A stretch of 64,000 nucleotides of DNA from Tetramitus jugosus (taxonomy: Eukaryota > Protista > Heterolobosea). How positions within the stretch are numbered: the stretch's first letter is position 1; the number at the start of each line of letters is the position of its first letter. The notes beneath the pieces were generated by a model. That model saw only the letters and a program-made list of their open reading frames with translations. It made no database searches and was not told the DNA's origin. Below, one piece after another: positions 53,154 to 64,000 of the stretch. The position numbers and the translations under genes were made by a program. The stretch is taken from assembly GCA_937625935.1 (NCBI GenBank), contig OW569353.1, positions 186,001 to 250,000 of the forward strand, given 5' to 3'.

Positions 53154-55657
53154 TTAGTCATCTTCCGACTCCACATCATTTGCTCCCATTGAATGGAATA
53201 TCTTGCTAAATGCTCTACTCTTCATTAGATTTGGCGGAATATACGAATCCACTCGTTCTGAGTCAACGTCTTTCTCATCTTTATCCTTACCATTCTCACT
53301 GATAGTCTTGAGTTGAATAAAGTCGGAAGGAGGAGTTAATAAAGCAGCATCGTCATCGTCATCATCCAGCTGAGGTTTGGGTTCCTTCACAATACTAACA
53401 AGCACAAATTTGAAAGGAACCATAGTCGAAGGAAGAGCCCAAGCAAATTGTTCCTTTGTAGTGTTTTCGGCTCTACGTTCAAGAACTTTCAAAGAATTCA
53501 CCACTCTCTCCTTAAAAATTTCACTATCCATTCCATCTTCACTGCTTGTGAAATAGGATACAAATGTTGGAATAAGAGGCATCAGCGTACCAGTGATAAT
53601 TGCCATTAAATTGTTATCGGTAATTTTTTGGAAAATCTTTGTATCATGAGAGGCAGCAGCAACGTAGAAGATACCAAGAGCAAACCTATAAAGATTACGA
53701 TTGTTAGAATGTGCATAATTCAATGTGGATCAAATGACTGACACGAAATTACTTACAGAGTAATCATGACTTGAATGAGAATTCTTCTCGTAATATCAGG
53801 TAACTTTGTCATTTCAGCGACCTTTGCAAAAGTTGTCCACTTGAGTGGCATCACATACTTTCGCTCTCTCAACAGTAGGAGATCACTCTTCATTTGATTT
53901 TCATCACATTTTCGAAGATACTTGTTCGTAGCCAAAATTCTTGGCATATTCAATGATCCTCTCTGAGTGACAATTCTGTTTTTCAATGTAATGTATGGCT
54001 TCTCGACATCGATTGTAAATTTGTAAAACACACCAATAATGGATGCCGCGTACGTGTATGTTGACAGATATTCCGTGTTCAACAAAATGTTCACCAATGT
54101 CGTAGACAAGAACCTTGTTGCTACTCGTCCGGCTCTGAGGGATATGAGAATGAGTGTCGCATTCCATACAACTGCCAACAGCCAAGATCTAACAATTAAA
54201 GCAAAAGCCAATGTTTTTCGTAGCTTTGGTTTCTTGCAATCTTGATTCAACAACTGATAATCGTCATCACTCTGGACATTGACTTGTGTTGCCTTGACAT
54301 CCGTGTACGCAATGAGTCTCGAATAGAGCCAAAAGCTGACTGATACTGGCTTCTTCAGTAAATACCACAACATGATGACTCCAAACGAGAGCCACAGAAT
54401 GATAAACAGAGTAAGCTTAAATGGTCCCAATGTTTCTGGATAAACAAAAATGGTCATGACCACAATTACTGCCACAGCAAAAAGACTCAACATAAACGCC
54501 ACCAAGTACATGATCAATTGCGCATAAAGTGGAAATGCAGGCTTGAGCTTCAAATGCTTCTCTCTCGTTGCATTTCTATAAATCTTGTACACAGTCAATA
54601 AAATATTCACACCAATCAGTGCAAAGGTCGCAATCATCATTGACAGTTCCTTGGCATTGAATCCAAAGAACAAATTGGCAAAATGACTCTCTTCATTGTT
54701 CAATGGCCAATGCGTCGGCACAAATGTCGAAATGATACTCAGTGAATACACGAGAGCAAACACGAGCATCAACCAAAGACTGTCCCAAAATCGAAAATTC
54801 GTCTTCCATTTTCTCGATATACCAGGTATGATACTCTGCCAATAGGGTGGATTCGACAGTGCATCACTCACATACCTGTGCTTGCCCACACGCCTTATAT
54901 GATACAATTTCAAATTGACATAGTACGTGAATGCCACAACGACAACAACATGCAGCACAGACAACAAATTATCCAACAATAGCTGCGGTTTGTTCGCTGT
55001 TGTGGTCAATGTCTGATTCGTGTACATGTCCAAACAATTGAACGTTTGATACGCAGAGGCATCCACTCTCACAATTGCACTATTCTCAAGCACAGGAGTG
55101 CACAGCTTTAGTTGATCATACTTTGCATTTGGCTTGAACTGAGCAATGCTCGTTTCATTGAGAATGGCCTCACCAAACACACTGAGCTCTTGAACCTTTT
55201 TTGATTTTTTCTTTGGCAAGACCACATTCTCTCTCAATTCCATCGTCACAAACTCAAATCTCTCCGTAATGGTAGAGAAACTGTACAGAGCGGCATAAGG
55301 CTTCAAAAAGAGCAATGTCTCATACATGATGAGATAGACGTGATCGATTGGAAGCACAGACTTGTTCTTTACAATGGACATGACCACCATTTGAGTGTTT
55401 TTTTGTTGCAGTTGCTTGTGAAGTGCATTGACTGAATCTTGAGTAAAGTAACGAGTGGGAATCGCAGCAGCAGCAGCACTGCTATGAACAGCAGATGTTG
55501 TTATTGTTGTTATGGTTGTTGTTGTGGTCGAGTTGGATCCATGAGTGAACGGTAGTAGAGTGAGAGCTACGATTGCTATTGTCGTCAACAGAAGAAGAAG
55601 AGCATGCTGTGAGAGTGGTCGTGGTCGTAGGGAGGAGGAGGAGGGTAGTTTCATCAA
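53154..55657 (-). CDS. Signal peptide plus multi-pass membrane protein, 2 exons
   Basis: Intron 53686-53756 joins the two ORFs in frame; about 9 hydrophobic helices; no family recognised. Confidence 0.75.
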
Positions 55658-55859
55658 TAAAGCTACAGGTGGCGAAGAATAAATACTTCACGTGCACGGA
55701 TATTATTATTTCGTTGGAGAGGGAGTCGTGTGTGTGGGTTGGAATCGTCGTTGCTGAGGTGTCAACAGGTATTGTTTCGCGGATATTTGGTTTCCGATAA
55801 TAATCCCGGTTCAGCGAAAATCGATAAAGTTCAACAAAAAAAAAATAGTCGAGACGAGA

Positions 55860-58340
55860 ATGGTTCAACGAGCAACCAAGAATGATGATGATCTGGATCA
55901 ACAAAACAACAACAACATGAGTGATGAAGAGGAAGATTTTACTCGTGACAATGAAAGTGATGAAGAAGAACTCCCAACCACCATCTCTGATGAACAATTG
56001 GAAATTTTGACACAAAAATTGGCGGCAAACATGTACGATTACAGTACGCATGTTTCCCTGATTCAAGCGTATCGTCAACGCTCTCAATATACTGAACTGA
56101 GAAAAGCGCGCGAAACCATGCTTCAAATTTTCCCGCTCAATGAAAATCAGTGGTATCAGTGGTTGCAGGATGAGTGTGCCATGATTGAGTCAGAAGAGGA
56201 TAGAGAGGCGATTGAATATGTGAAGAATCTGTATCGTACGGCATTGGGAGAATCAGAGATGATGCCTCGTGTCTGGAAATCATTTCTTTCTTTTTGTGAA
56301 CAGTTTGAGAGTGATGAGAGTGTGCTTGCACAAGTGTTGGAACAATGCGTCAACTCGGTGGGGTATCATATGAGACAGGGTTGTGTGTTCTGGGATCTCT
56401 ATCGTGATTTTGTAAAGGACAGTGATGAAAGTGTGAGAGCTCTGTGGAAGAGACAGTTGAGCATACCTCACTTGCAATTTAAACAGACCAAGAGAGCGTA
56501 CGAAGAGTGGGAGAGTGACAAAGTAAAGCAAAAGGAGTTGTTGTCTGATCCCTGTGTCGTGCAAACGATATCTTTGCTCAAACAGAGAAAAAAGCTTGAA
56601 AAGTGGATTCGCAACACACCAAAGGACGGTGCACCATCGAAGAATCTGTTGAATCATTGGCTCAACTACATTCAGTTTGAAAAGAAACAATTTTTGATCA
56701 ATAGTACAAACGAGGAAACGAAACACCTAGGAATACAGTACATGATCTGTTTCTTTGAACGGATCGTGAAAGAGTGTTGCCTCAGTGATACGCTATGGAT
56801 TGAATATTTAAAGTTTTTGGAGTCAAGAGGCTCAGAATGTATCAATAAGCTAATTCCACTGTGTCACCGAGCGACACGAAACTGCATGTGGAATTCTTCA
56901 CTGTGGGTAGCTTATATCACTTTTCTGGAGTATAGTTATCAGGGTGTGGATCAAGGAATTGATCTCGCGTATAACCAAATATATTCCATATACAGTAGAG
57001 CAATGCAATCAGGCCAGATGGCTACGTGCAATGATTATGTTCAGGTTATCGCTGCCTATTGTTCATTTATGAGGAGACGCTATCAGCAATTGATTGCACC
57101 TACAGAGACAACTGATCAGAAGAAAACAGAGCTACGAGAAGAGCTGCGCAATTTGTTCGATACGAGTGTTTCCTACATTTATGACTACTTTCCTTCGACA
57201 CCGGATAAGGTGTGCATCCTGGAGAGAATGTGGGCATCTGCAGAAGCAACCTTGTTTGATAACATGGACAAGGCGAGAGAAATTTTTGCATATGTAACAC
57301 AAGCATATGGATCGTCTGAACCCACATTGTGGTTGAACTATGCTCAATTTGAGCAAACTCATTCCAAGGATTTCAATTTGGTACATCAAATATATTATCA
57401 AGCGTTCCTCCGCCTTGAGAATCCTAGAGCCAAAAGATTGATTGCATCGTATTGGTTACACACTGAAAGAGAACATGGTTCAATTGGTACACTACTGTTC
57501 GCAGAACAAATTACAAGAGATTTGATGGCTCATGGTAGTCACAAATCTGAAGACGAGGGTCAGAAAGAGCGGGCAGTACCTGAATCTAAACCACTCAAAC
57601 GACCTACTAGTCAAACGAATCATATCACTCAACCTGTCGTTGAAGCGAAGGACGAAAATGATAAACCGAGCACCACACGTGATGTTGACTCTCAATCAAT
57701 GCATGACACAAAGCAGAAATCGAACAAGAGAGATAGGAGCGAATATGAAGCTAATGAGCAAAAGGAAACCGCGACAAGCAGTGATCGGAAGTCAAAAACT
57801 CAAAACAAGTTGCAGTTGAGAGGTCCAGGTAATGAACAATTAACTTTGTTTATTCTCAATTTGGCTTATAATGTCGATGAGAAAGCATTGGGTCAACTCT
57901 TTGAACAGCACAATTGCCATGTGGAAGATGTTCGGATCATGAGAGATCGAAGAGGCGCCTCTAAGGGAATCGGCTTTGTCGAAATGAAGGATGAGAAATC
58001 TGTGACAGAAGGGCTCAAACTTCATGGAACAGAGCTACAGAAGAGAGTTATCAAGGTGGAACGATCTGATCCAGAGAAAGGCAAGAAAAATCAAGGTAGT
58101 AGTAATCAATCTATTGATTCCGAGCGTCCAGCCAAGAAGGCGAGAACGAGTCACGAGCCAGCCAAGAAGAAGAGTGGATTGATGATTCCCCGAGCAGCAC
58201 TCTTCAACAAGCCAAGTGCCAAGGTGACGAAGAGCACTCACTCAGTAGTACAACAATCTGCACCAGTTCAACAACAGGAACAGTCCGAACAAAAAGGCGA
58301 GATGTCCAATGAGGACTTTCGCTCCATGTTAGGAATGTAA
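55860..58340 (+). CDS. SART3: SART3/Prp24 U4/U6 recycling factor
   Basis: HAT repeats (LRKARE.M..IFPL...W..WL.DE, RATRNC.W), RRM (LFILNL, KGIGFVEM), C-terminal Lsm-binding MSNEDFRSML. Confidence 0.9.
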   Translation: MVQRATKNDDDLDQQNNNNMSDEEEDFTRDNESDEEELPTTISDEQLEILTQKLAANMYDYSTHVSLIQAYRQRSQYTELRKARETMLQIFPLNENQWYQWLQDECAMIESEEDREAIEYVKNLYRTALGESEMMPRVWKSFLSFCEQFESDESVLAQVLEQCVNSVGYHMRQGCVFWDLYRDFVKDSDESVRALWKRQLSIPHLQFKQTKRAYEEWESDKVKQKELLSDPCVVQTISLLKQRKKLEKWIRNTPKDGAPSKNLLNHWLNYIQFEKKQFLINSTNEETKHLGIQYMICFFERIVKECCLSDTLWIEYLKFLESRGSECINKLIPLCHRATRNCMWNSSLWVAYITFLEYSYQGVDQGIDLAYNQIYSIYSRAMQSGQMATCNDYVQVIAAYCSFMRRRYQQLIAPTETTDQKKTELREELRNLFDTSVSYIYDYFPSTPDKVCILERMWASAEATLFDNMDKAREIFAYVTQAYGSSEPTLWLNYAQFEQTHSKDFNLVHQIYYQAFLRLENPRAKRLIASYWLHTEREHGSIGTLLFAEQITRDLMAHGSHKSEDEGQKERAVPESKPLKRPTSQTNHITQPVVEAKDENDKPSTTRDVDSQSMHDTKQKSNKRDRSEYEANEQKETATSSDRKSKTQNKLQLRGPGNEQLTLFILNLAYNVDEKALGQLFEQHNCHVEDVRIMRDRRGASKGIGFVEMKDEKSVTEGLKLHGTELQKRVIKVERSDPEKGKKNQGSSNQSIDSERPAKKARTSHEPAKKKSGLMIPRAALFNKPSAKVTKSTHSVVQQSAPVQQQEQSEQKGEMSNEDFRSMLGM

Positions 58341-58358
58341 AAGGAAAAAGATTTTTTA

Positions 58359-60173
58359 TCATATGATTGTTAGGCCGTTGCCTGGATAAAATAAAAATAC
58401 AACTGGATAAACTCGCGCTGAACTGTCGTAAGCCTCGCTCCGATAATACAATGTTCCATTCCATTTAACTGTTCCTATTCTCGTTGCCTTGTCGAATGCT
58501 AGTTCGAAGACATCTCCAGTCGTTGCTCTCCGACTCGACGGCGTCAGATTCGTTCCATTGTATACACTACCACTCATTCCCACACCCTGGATATCAAAGT
58601 ATTTTGGTGTTTCCAATCGATTTTTGTTCCAAAATCCGACAGCCATACCTGATGCGTCGTTGTGGATTGAATCAATGCTCAGCTTGAGTGCTGAATACTG
58701 ACCTACTAGTGGTGGAGCAGATATAAATGCGTAGCAGTCCCATGCCTCAGATGCACCTTGAGATTTCTTTATCGATCTTCCAAGCATTGATATCTCAACA
58801 TTATCACACTCATGAGACTCAAACGTAAAATTGCATATCCTTGGCTGAAATCTCTTGCTATTTTCAACCATGTTGGCATCAAACAACTTTGGTATCGATT
58901 GATACTCGAGTGCCTCAACATATGCTTCTGTAGGAAGAATACCCGATGTGTACAGTTTTGACGGTTTGACAACCTTAACCAAAAAGTTTAGAGGGATAAT
59001 GGGTAATCGTACTCCACGCACCAATCTCTCAATTTGTTCACTTGTCAAGTTCTGTTGATTTTCTTGAATATAATCATTAATAAATGAAAACGTTGCAACT
59101 TCCTCGGCCTGTAACTGATCACTCCACAGCACTTGCTCTAATATATCATATGAAAAGACAATTGGACTGGATTTTGTTCGGTTATTCGTCATCCTTGTTT
59201 TAACATCATTTTTGTCATTACTGTTTGCGTCATCACTCTCATTCCGTACATCAATGGCACTGTCATTCAATCCCAAAATTTCCGAAAAGTGTCTCGCCAC
59301 GAAATCAATAGTTGCTCCCTTTAGTTCCACATCATTTGTCTTGACTGCAAAATCATAAAACTGGCGCCAGTTTTCAACACTCAGATTCGATGAACTGTAC
59401 ACTCCGCACGCAACCTTTAATCTCGGCATTTCCAACAAATCGGCCAATCGACACATTTCTCTCTGCAACTTTTTCAAATTCATCATTCTCTTGTTCTCAT
59501 TCTTGTCGTTACTATTATTATTATTATTATTATTCACATTAGGACTAATACTACTCTCTGCATTGTTACTACTGCTACTACTACTACTACTGTTCTCTTG
59601 AAGATTGACATTTTCTTTGTGATCACCATCACCACTACAACAATCATCCAAATCCATTTGATCCGTATACATGTAACGCAACAATTTGAGCATGATATCC
59701 GGATGATTGACATGAGGAACACGCAGAATTGGTACATTGGCTTTACATGACGAAGGCAATGATAAGGCACTCTTTTTCTTTTCATCATTCACATCATCCT
59801 TCGCATCATCATCATTCTTTGTACGATCATAAATCATTCGTTTCAAAACGGGACATCGAGCAGCCAAAACAAACTTGTGTGCAGGATAGATGAGTTCTTC
59901 TTTTTCATCATACTCACATTCATCAATATCATCATCAATATCATCAATGTCGTTATCAGAATGGATCAACTCATTTTCATCATTATTGATGATTTGACTA
60001 TTGTTGTGATTTTGATTGTTATCGTGATGGTAGGAGTAATCGAAATGATGATTGCTTTTCGTTTGATGAATCATGAGAAGGATATCACTGGTTTTGGAGT
60101 TGAGAAAATGTTTGGCCATGCATTGTGACAGTGTACTACTACTACTGTGATTGTTGTTGTTGTTGTGACTCAT
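58359..60173 (-). CDS. BTB/POZ-BACK protein with a C-terminal beta-sandwich (SPRY-like)
   Basis: SDI..YPAHKFVLAARCPVLKRM, LLRYMYTD, BACK-like VRLPIIP; interrupted by poly-N/S inserts. Confidence 0.85.
   Translation of the reverse strand: MSHNNNNNHSSSSTLSQCMAKHFLNSKTSDILLMIHQTKSNHHFDYSYHHDNNQNHNNSQIINNDENELIHSDNDIDDIDDDIDECEYDEKEELIYPAHKFVLAARCPVLKRMIYDRTKNDDDAKDDVNDEKKKSALSLPSSCKANVPILRVPHVNHPDIMLKLLRYMYTDQMDLDDCCSGDGDHKENVNLQENSSSSSSSSNNAESSISPNVNNNNNNNSNDKNENKRMMNLKKLQREMCRLADLLEMPRLKVACGVYSSSNLSVENWRQFYDFAVKTNDVELKGATIDFVARHFSEILGLNDSAIDVRNESDDANSNDKNDVKTRMTNNRTKSSPIVFSYDILEQVLWSDQLQAEEVATFSFINDYIQENQQNLTSEQIERLVRGVRLPIIPLNFLVKVVKPSKLYTSGILPTEAYVEALEYQSIPKLFDANMVENSKRFQPRICNFTFESHECDNVEISMLGRSIKKSQGASEAWDCYAFISAPPLVGQYSALKLSIDSIHNDASGMAVGFWNKNRLETPKYFDIQGVGMSGSVYNGTNLTPSSRRATTGDVFELAFDKATRIGTVKWNGTLYYRSEAYDSSARVYPVVFLFYPGNGLTII
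59513..59534. repeat. (TAT)n microsatellite encoding poly-Asn
   Basis: Tandem tat units inside the BTB gene. Confidence 0.8.
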
Positions 60174-60236
60174 GATTGTTGTTATTGATTGTCATTCGCT
60201 TCTGCGGGGTGATTGGTCGTTGTTTTTTATTCTCCG

Positions 60237-61198
60237 ATGAAATCAAACTTGGAAGTAACGAAAAAAACAACAAGCACAAGCGTTGAGAGAATGACGATAA
60301 CAACGACAATGAGCACCACGAACGCAACGACTACAACGACAACACTAGATGAATTATCTGACAATGTAAAACGGTTACAGGACAAACTGAGAGAAACTCA
60401 GTCCAATATGCTCAAAATTTATCAGAGAGCCAATGCCCTGAGCAAGCAAACAGCCATCTCCTCTTCTTCTCCCACTCCTACTCCTACTCCTATTCCTGTC
60501 ATTACGACTGCAACTACTGAAAGTTCACCTCCACCTATTCCATCACAAGAACAAGAAGAAGCAAACATGATAAACAACAGGGAACAAGAAGCAAAAATTC
60601 AAGAGCTTGAACAAGAGTTGCAACGGCACAGAGAACAATTGCAGAGACAAGACCAGGAAAAGCAAGAACAAGACAGGGAACATGCAAAACAAGTGGAGAG
60701 CTTGCAACAGAAGATGACACTGTTGGACAATCATAATGTCATTCTGAGAGAAAGTGTAACAAAGTATGAACAAGCAGTGTCGATTATTGCACAAAAGAGT
60801 CATGAAAAATGGGTATGTATATGTATATATATATATGTGTGTTGTGTGTGTTTGTTTTGTTGTTTCTTTTTTCTGTAGTAGAACAATTGTGTTTAATTTT
60901 TCTTGTGCGTTTAATGTAACTGCAGCTTCAAGACACGCAGTTACTACAGAGACATGTGGACACACTGAGTCAACAACTGCAGGAGCAACAGATGGAACGA
61001 GAGAGTGTTCATCATTGTAACATTAGATTGAAGGCGCTTGTTCAGCATTTGATGAACACGATGCGAGAAGTGGCCACACAGCGTGAAACAGAGTTGATTG
61101 AGAGTAAGAGTGGTGCATTGGAGCTCGAAACTGAAAATTTGAGACGCATGCTCAAAATATCGGAACAATATCAGTCATTGGACATGTATCAAGATTAA
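60237..61198 (+). CDS. Coiled-coil protein, SIKE/FGFR1OP2-like; 2 exons
   Basis: Intron 60813-60925. NVILRESVTKYEQAVSIIAQK and LELETENLRRMLKIS resemble SIKE-family segments. The start codon is uncertain. Confidence 0.55.
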
Positions 61199-61219
61199 GT
61201 TATTAAGGTGGCGGTCTAC

Positions 61220-61312
61220 TGTCCATCAAGCCATAATAAAAACATAATGGTTTCCCGATAAGATACTTAACGCTCCTACATAATCGGGACTTACATAGCA
61301 GCTTGATGGACA
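61220..61312. other. Intergenic/3'UTR multibranch hairpin
   Basis: Perfect 12-bp inverted repeat TGTCCATCAAGC/GCTTGATGGACA with an inner TCCCGAT/ATCGGGA stem. Confidence 0.6.
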
Positions 61313-61499
61313 TGTTGCGGTAGTCAATAAGACGGATTCCATGTTTTCACAGATCTCTTCACGATCCTACGATCATCGAGTAAATATGTTTACAGCAGAT
61401 GAACATTCAGCGAATTAAACCTATTTGAAGCAGAGATTTTTGTTTCACAAAGTCTTTTATTCCACAAAAATGTACTTAGAATTCTTCTTCAAGAAAGAT

Positions 61500-62159
61500 T
61501 TAGTGGAGGAACGCGACTACAGCCAAGAGAACAAGCATCAAGTAGCTGTTAACACTTGTCAATGAGGCAGCCGAGGTATTCTGTAAACAATTACCATTTA
61601 CACATTCTGCTCTTCCAGAGCACACTGGGTCCATCGTGTTATCAACCGCAATGTTCTTTCCGTTTCTTGAAATCCTGTATGCGGTGCCCTCTACGGCAGT
61701 ATAAATGATATTACCAGGAGTAATATTCTCAACAGGTACCTCGATTGGATCAAAAATTGGACAATACTGTCCAACTAACCGGCCATTAATCACAGCAGTA
61801 GTCGAGGACTCAGCTGTAACGGTAAGTGTTCCTCCTAGGCAGCAACACTCGGAAGAACACTTAGATACCACGACGTATGTACCAGCCCATGATTCTGCCG
61901 GAGATAGCGATGAAGAACCGCCACAGGAAGCATACGAGACTCCAGACTGATCAGAGGTGGGACACGATGCGTATCGGGAAGAACAACCATCTCGATTGCA
62001 TTCGGAGCAAGAGGAAGCAGAGAATTGACCTTGAAGCGTAGCGGCGCATAAGTTGCCAGTGCAACATGTACATGTACAGGTTGCAGCAGAGGACACTAAT
62101 TCTGGGTGAAGTGAGAGACAGAGAACGACTAACAATAGGAGGTAGAGTATCACCTTCAT
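61500..62159 (-). CDS. Cys-rich secreted, probably GPI-anchored surface protein
   Basis: Signal peptide; CTCTCC..C..CSEC...C...Y..C and C..ECCC motifs; SAAS followed by a hydrophobic C-terminus. Confidence 0.8.
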   Translation of the reverse strand: MKVILYLLLLVVLCLSLHPELVSSAATCTCTCCTGNLCAATLQGQFSASSCSECNRDGCSSRYASCPTSDQSGVSYASCGGSSSLSPAESWAGTYVVVSKCSSECCCLGGTLTVTAESSTTAVINGRLVGQYCPIFDPIEVPVENITPGNIIYTAVEGTAYRISRNGKNIAVDNTMDPVCSGRAECVNGNCLQNTSAASLTSVNSYLMLVLLAVVAFLH

Positions 62160-62615
62160 GGTATAGGTTATTGCTTGGTTAAGGTTTGGTTGTTTTCTGG
62201 AGTCTACGAAGCCGGACTTCGTTTTATAGCTCGCACGCAATTCGTGCGTCACATTCCTTTTACCCAACATCGTTACAATGATTGTAATCGTAACTTGAAA
62301 GTGCGTCCGGATCTACCACATATCAAGACCATCACGTCACTGTCACATTGCGAAGGAAGCCCGAAAAAAGAAGAGGTGCGAGACCTTCACATTTTCACAT
62401 TGGGATTTCCCTCACATCTCATAACGATCCCTACAAAGTGCAGGAGTAGGATCAAAAGGTGGTTCTCCTGCCTGCTACCACCTGTACCACTATTTTTCCA
62501 TAGAGTACGTCTGCCTGCAAGTGGGCAACGGACGGTAACTGCGCATCTTGCCACTCGAAGACACAAGACTTCGCAAATACGGGAATCAACAATGTGATCA
62601 GTGAGAGAAAGGAGA

Positions 62616-63734
62616 TCACAATTGTTTGTTCATGAGGAGAGCATCCACATGAATAGTGCGGTAGTAATTGTCTCTCCATACCAGGGTTTTGAAACCTAAT
62701 TTGCTGTACAGTTTTTGAGCAGCCCCATTCATCACCGAAACGTGTAGCTTCACCTTGCATGAGCAACGCTTCTCCGATGCAGCCTTGCACATCTTCTTTA
62801 GTTGCTTGATTCTTTCCAGATGACTGGTCATGAGAAATTCTCCTATTCCCTTTCTCTGATATGATGAGCTCACTGCTATACTTTCGATATGTCCTAATAA
62901 GACAGAAGAATTTTTGCTTTCTCTGACCTTCACCGAAGTGAGAATGTACCCAGCAACTGTATTGTTGGAGTAATCTAAAGCAACGTGGCACATGTATTTG
63001 CCTGCCCATTGGTCATCATCTGAAACATGGACCTTCATTCCCAAGACATGGTTGAAGTATTCTTCATCCATGGCATCTGGTCCAAATAGTTGTTCTTCCA
63101 ACGAAAGAATGCTGGACAACATGCGGTGAGTCAGTGCTTCCAAGTGAAAACCAACGGGGTGGCTATGATTTTTTGCACTAAGCCATCTGTTAGGTGATTG
63201 ACTCGCCCGTAAGTTCTGAGATGGATCATACACCACGTCTGGCAAGAACGGAAGCATAGGACGATACACTCTTCGTCTCATTTTCATAAAACAGTGTTGT
63301 GAATCGTGCAGCAAGTGAGCCTTATAGCCACAACTTTCACACAAGTCATAGTCTACACAATTCACACAACAATATCTTACATCTGTCAACAGAGCACATT
63401 CACACCCATCGCATACAACCTTGTAATGCTCAATTTTCATTGCATGTTCTCTATCAGGGTCATCTATTGATTGTGAGGGAAAAAATTGACTGCATTCTTC
63501 TCTCATAATGGATCTCAAGTGCTTCAACAACGATAATTCACATGGTACTGGTTGAGCCAACGTCAACAACACGTGCCACTTCTGATGTTTCTTGTCCCAG
63601 TTTTCACTGCTCTCCTCACACTGCAAACACAAACGGTACTCAGGGTCACAATCAAGGCAGAGATACCGTGGGCAGTCAGGTAACAAAATTGTGTCACAAC
63701 AGGCACAACGAAATGGAGAAAGATCTGTTCTCAT
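62616..63734 (-). CDS. Tandem ZZ zinc fingers + GNAT (RimI/Ard1-like) acetyltransferase
   Basis: CACC..RYLCLDC...LCLQC..H...H and CDGC..RYCCVNC.DYDLCESC..H...H; IESIAVSSSYQRKGIGEFLM, LHVSVMNGAAQKLYSKLGF..NYY..DALLM. The start codon is uncertain. Confidence 0.88.
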   Translation of the reverse strand: MRTDLSPFRCACCDTILLPDCPRYLCLDCDPEYRLCLQCEESSENWDKKHQKWHVLLTLAQPVPCELSLLKHLRSIMREECSQFFPSQSIDDPDREHAMKIEHYKVVCDGCECALLTDVRYCCVNCVDYDLCESCGYKAHLLHDSQHCFMKMRRRVYRPMLPFLPDVVYDPSQNLRASQSPNRWLSAKNHSHPVGFHLEALTHRMLSSILSLEEQLFGPDAMDEEYFNHVLGMKVHVSDDDQWAGKYMCHVALDYSNNTVAGYILTSVKVRESKNSSVLLGHIESIAVSSSYQRKGIGEFLMTSHLERIKQLKKMCKAASEKRCSCKVKLHVSVMNGAAQKLYSKLGFKTLVWRDNYYRTIHVDALLMNKQL

Positions 63735-64000
63735 TTTTCTGAACTTGCTTGTCACTTGCAAGTGACAAGAGTTCGGGCGATAAAAAATAGTCCTGTTGTT
63801 CGGATCTTGCCAGTTCTTCTTGCTGTCATTCGGAATCGAACTCGTGAGTGACGGCAAAACAACAAACCAAGAGAAAAAACATCAACCAGAAAGCTCAAAA
63901 AAACAGAATGGCGGATCACGACGATCATACCGACACAATAACAGAATATCTTCATTCCAATCTCTTTGGAATTGTCGTAGGAGTAAGTGGAGTAACCATT

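Noticed and set aside
63752-64000. Possible 3' end of another minus-strand gene entering from the right edge
   Set aside because: A frame is open and a GTATGA donor exists, but the acceptor would be an atypical GAG and no protein is recognisable.
1-64000. CRISPR arrays, tRNA or rRNA genes, transposase/RT genes, prokaryotic operons
   Set aside because: None was seen. The region is eukaryotic with spliceosomal introns, and the repeats are simple CAA/TAA-type microsatellites.

Overview
A gene-dense eukaryotic nuclear region with about 35 protein genes, short GT-AG introns, very short intergenic spacers and AATAAA shortly after many stop codons. The style (poly-Q/N/T N-termini, an IFT22 flagellar gene, a CHASE4-HAMP-PAS sensor, few introns) suggests a free-living amoeboflagellate such as a heterolobosean; this is inference only. 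Recognisable housekeeping genes are PIG-H, MCTS1, WDR82/Swd2, a type I PRMT, mitochondrial AsnRS, CPSF73, AP-3 delta, TRAP-beta, IFT22, DRG2 and SART3/Prp24. Standout observations: (1) a ~2.1 kb segment (39426-41555) flanked by a duplicated copy of the DRG2 3' flank, carrying a coiled-coil ORF with a HEPN-like RxxxxH motif head-to-head with a 2H phosphoesterase, followed by decayed foreign-looking ORF fragments; (2) a Groucho/TLE-type co-repressor with both the Q domain and the TLE-type WD40 domain; (3) intron 1 of CPSF73 contains an in-frame stop, a 26-bp three-way-junction RNA and AATAAA plus a GU-rich element, a candidate autoregulatory switch; (4) unusual fusions: E2-LRR-RRM-RGG, BRCT2-HDAC-beta-helix, DH-PH-PH-RCC1-FYVE, ZZ-ZZ-GNAT and a peroxisomal thioesterase-MaoC hydratase; (5) a patatin lacking both catalytic residues; (6) further intergenic structured-RNA candidates. 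All family assignments come from motif recognition by eye; no database searches were run.
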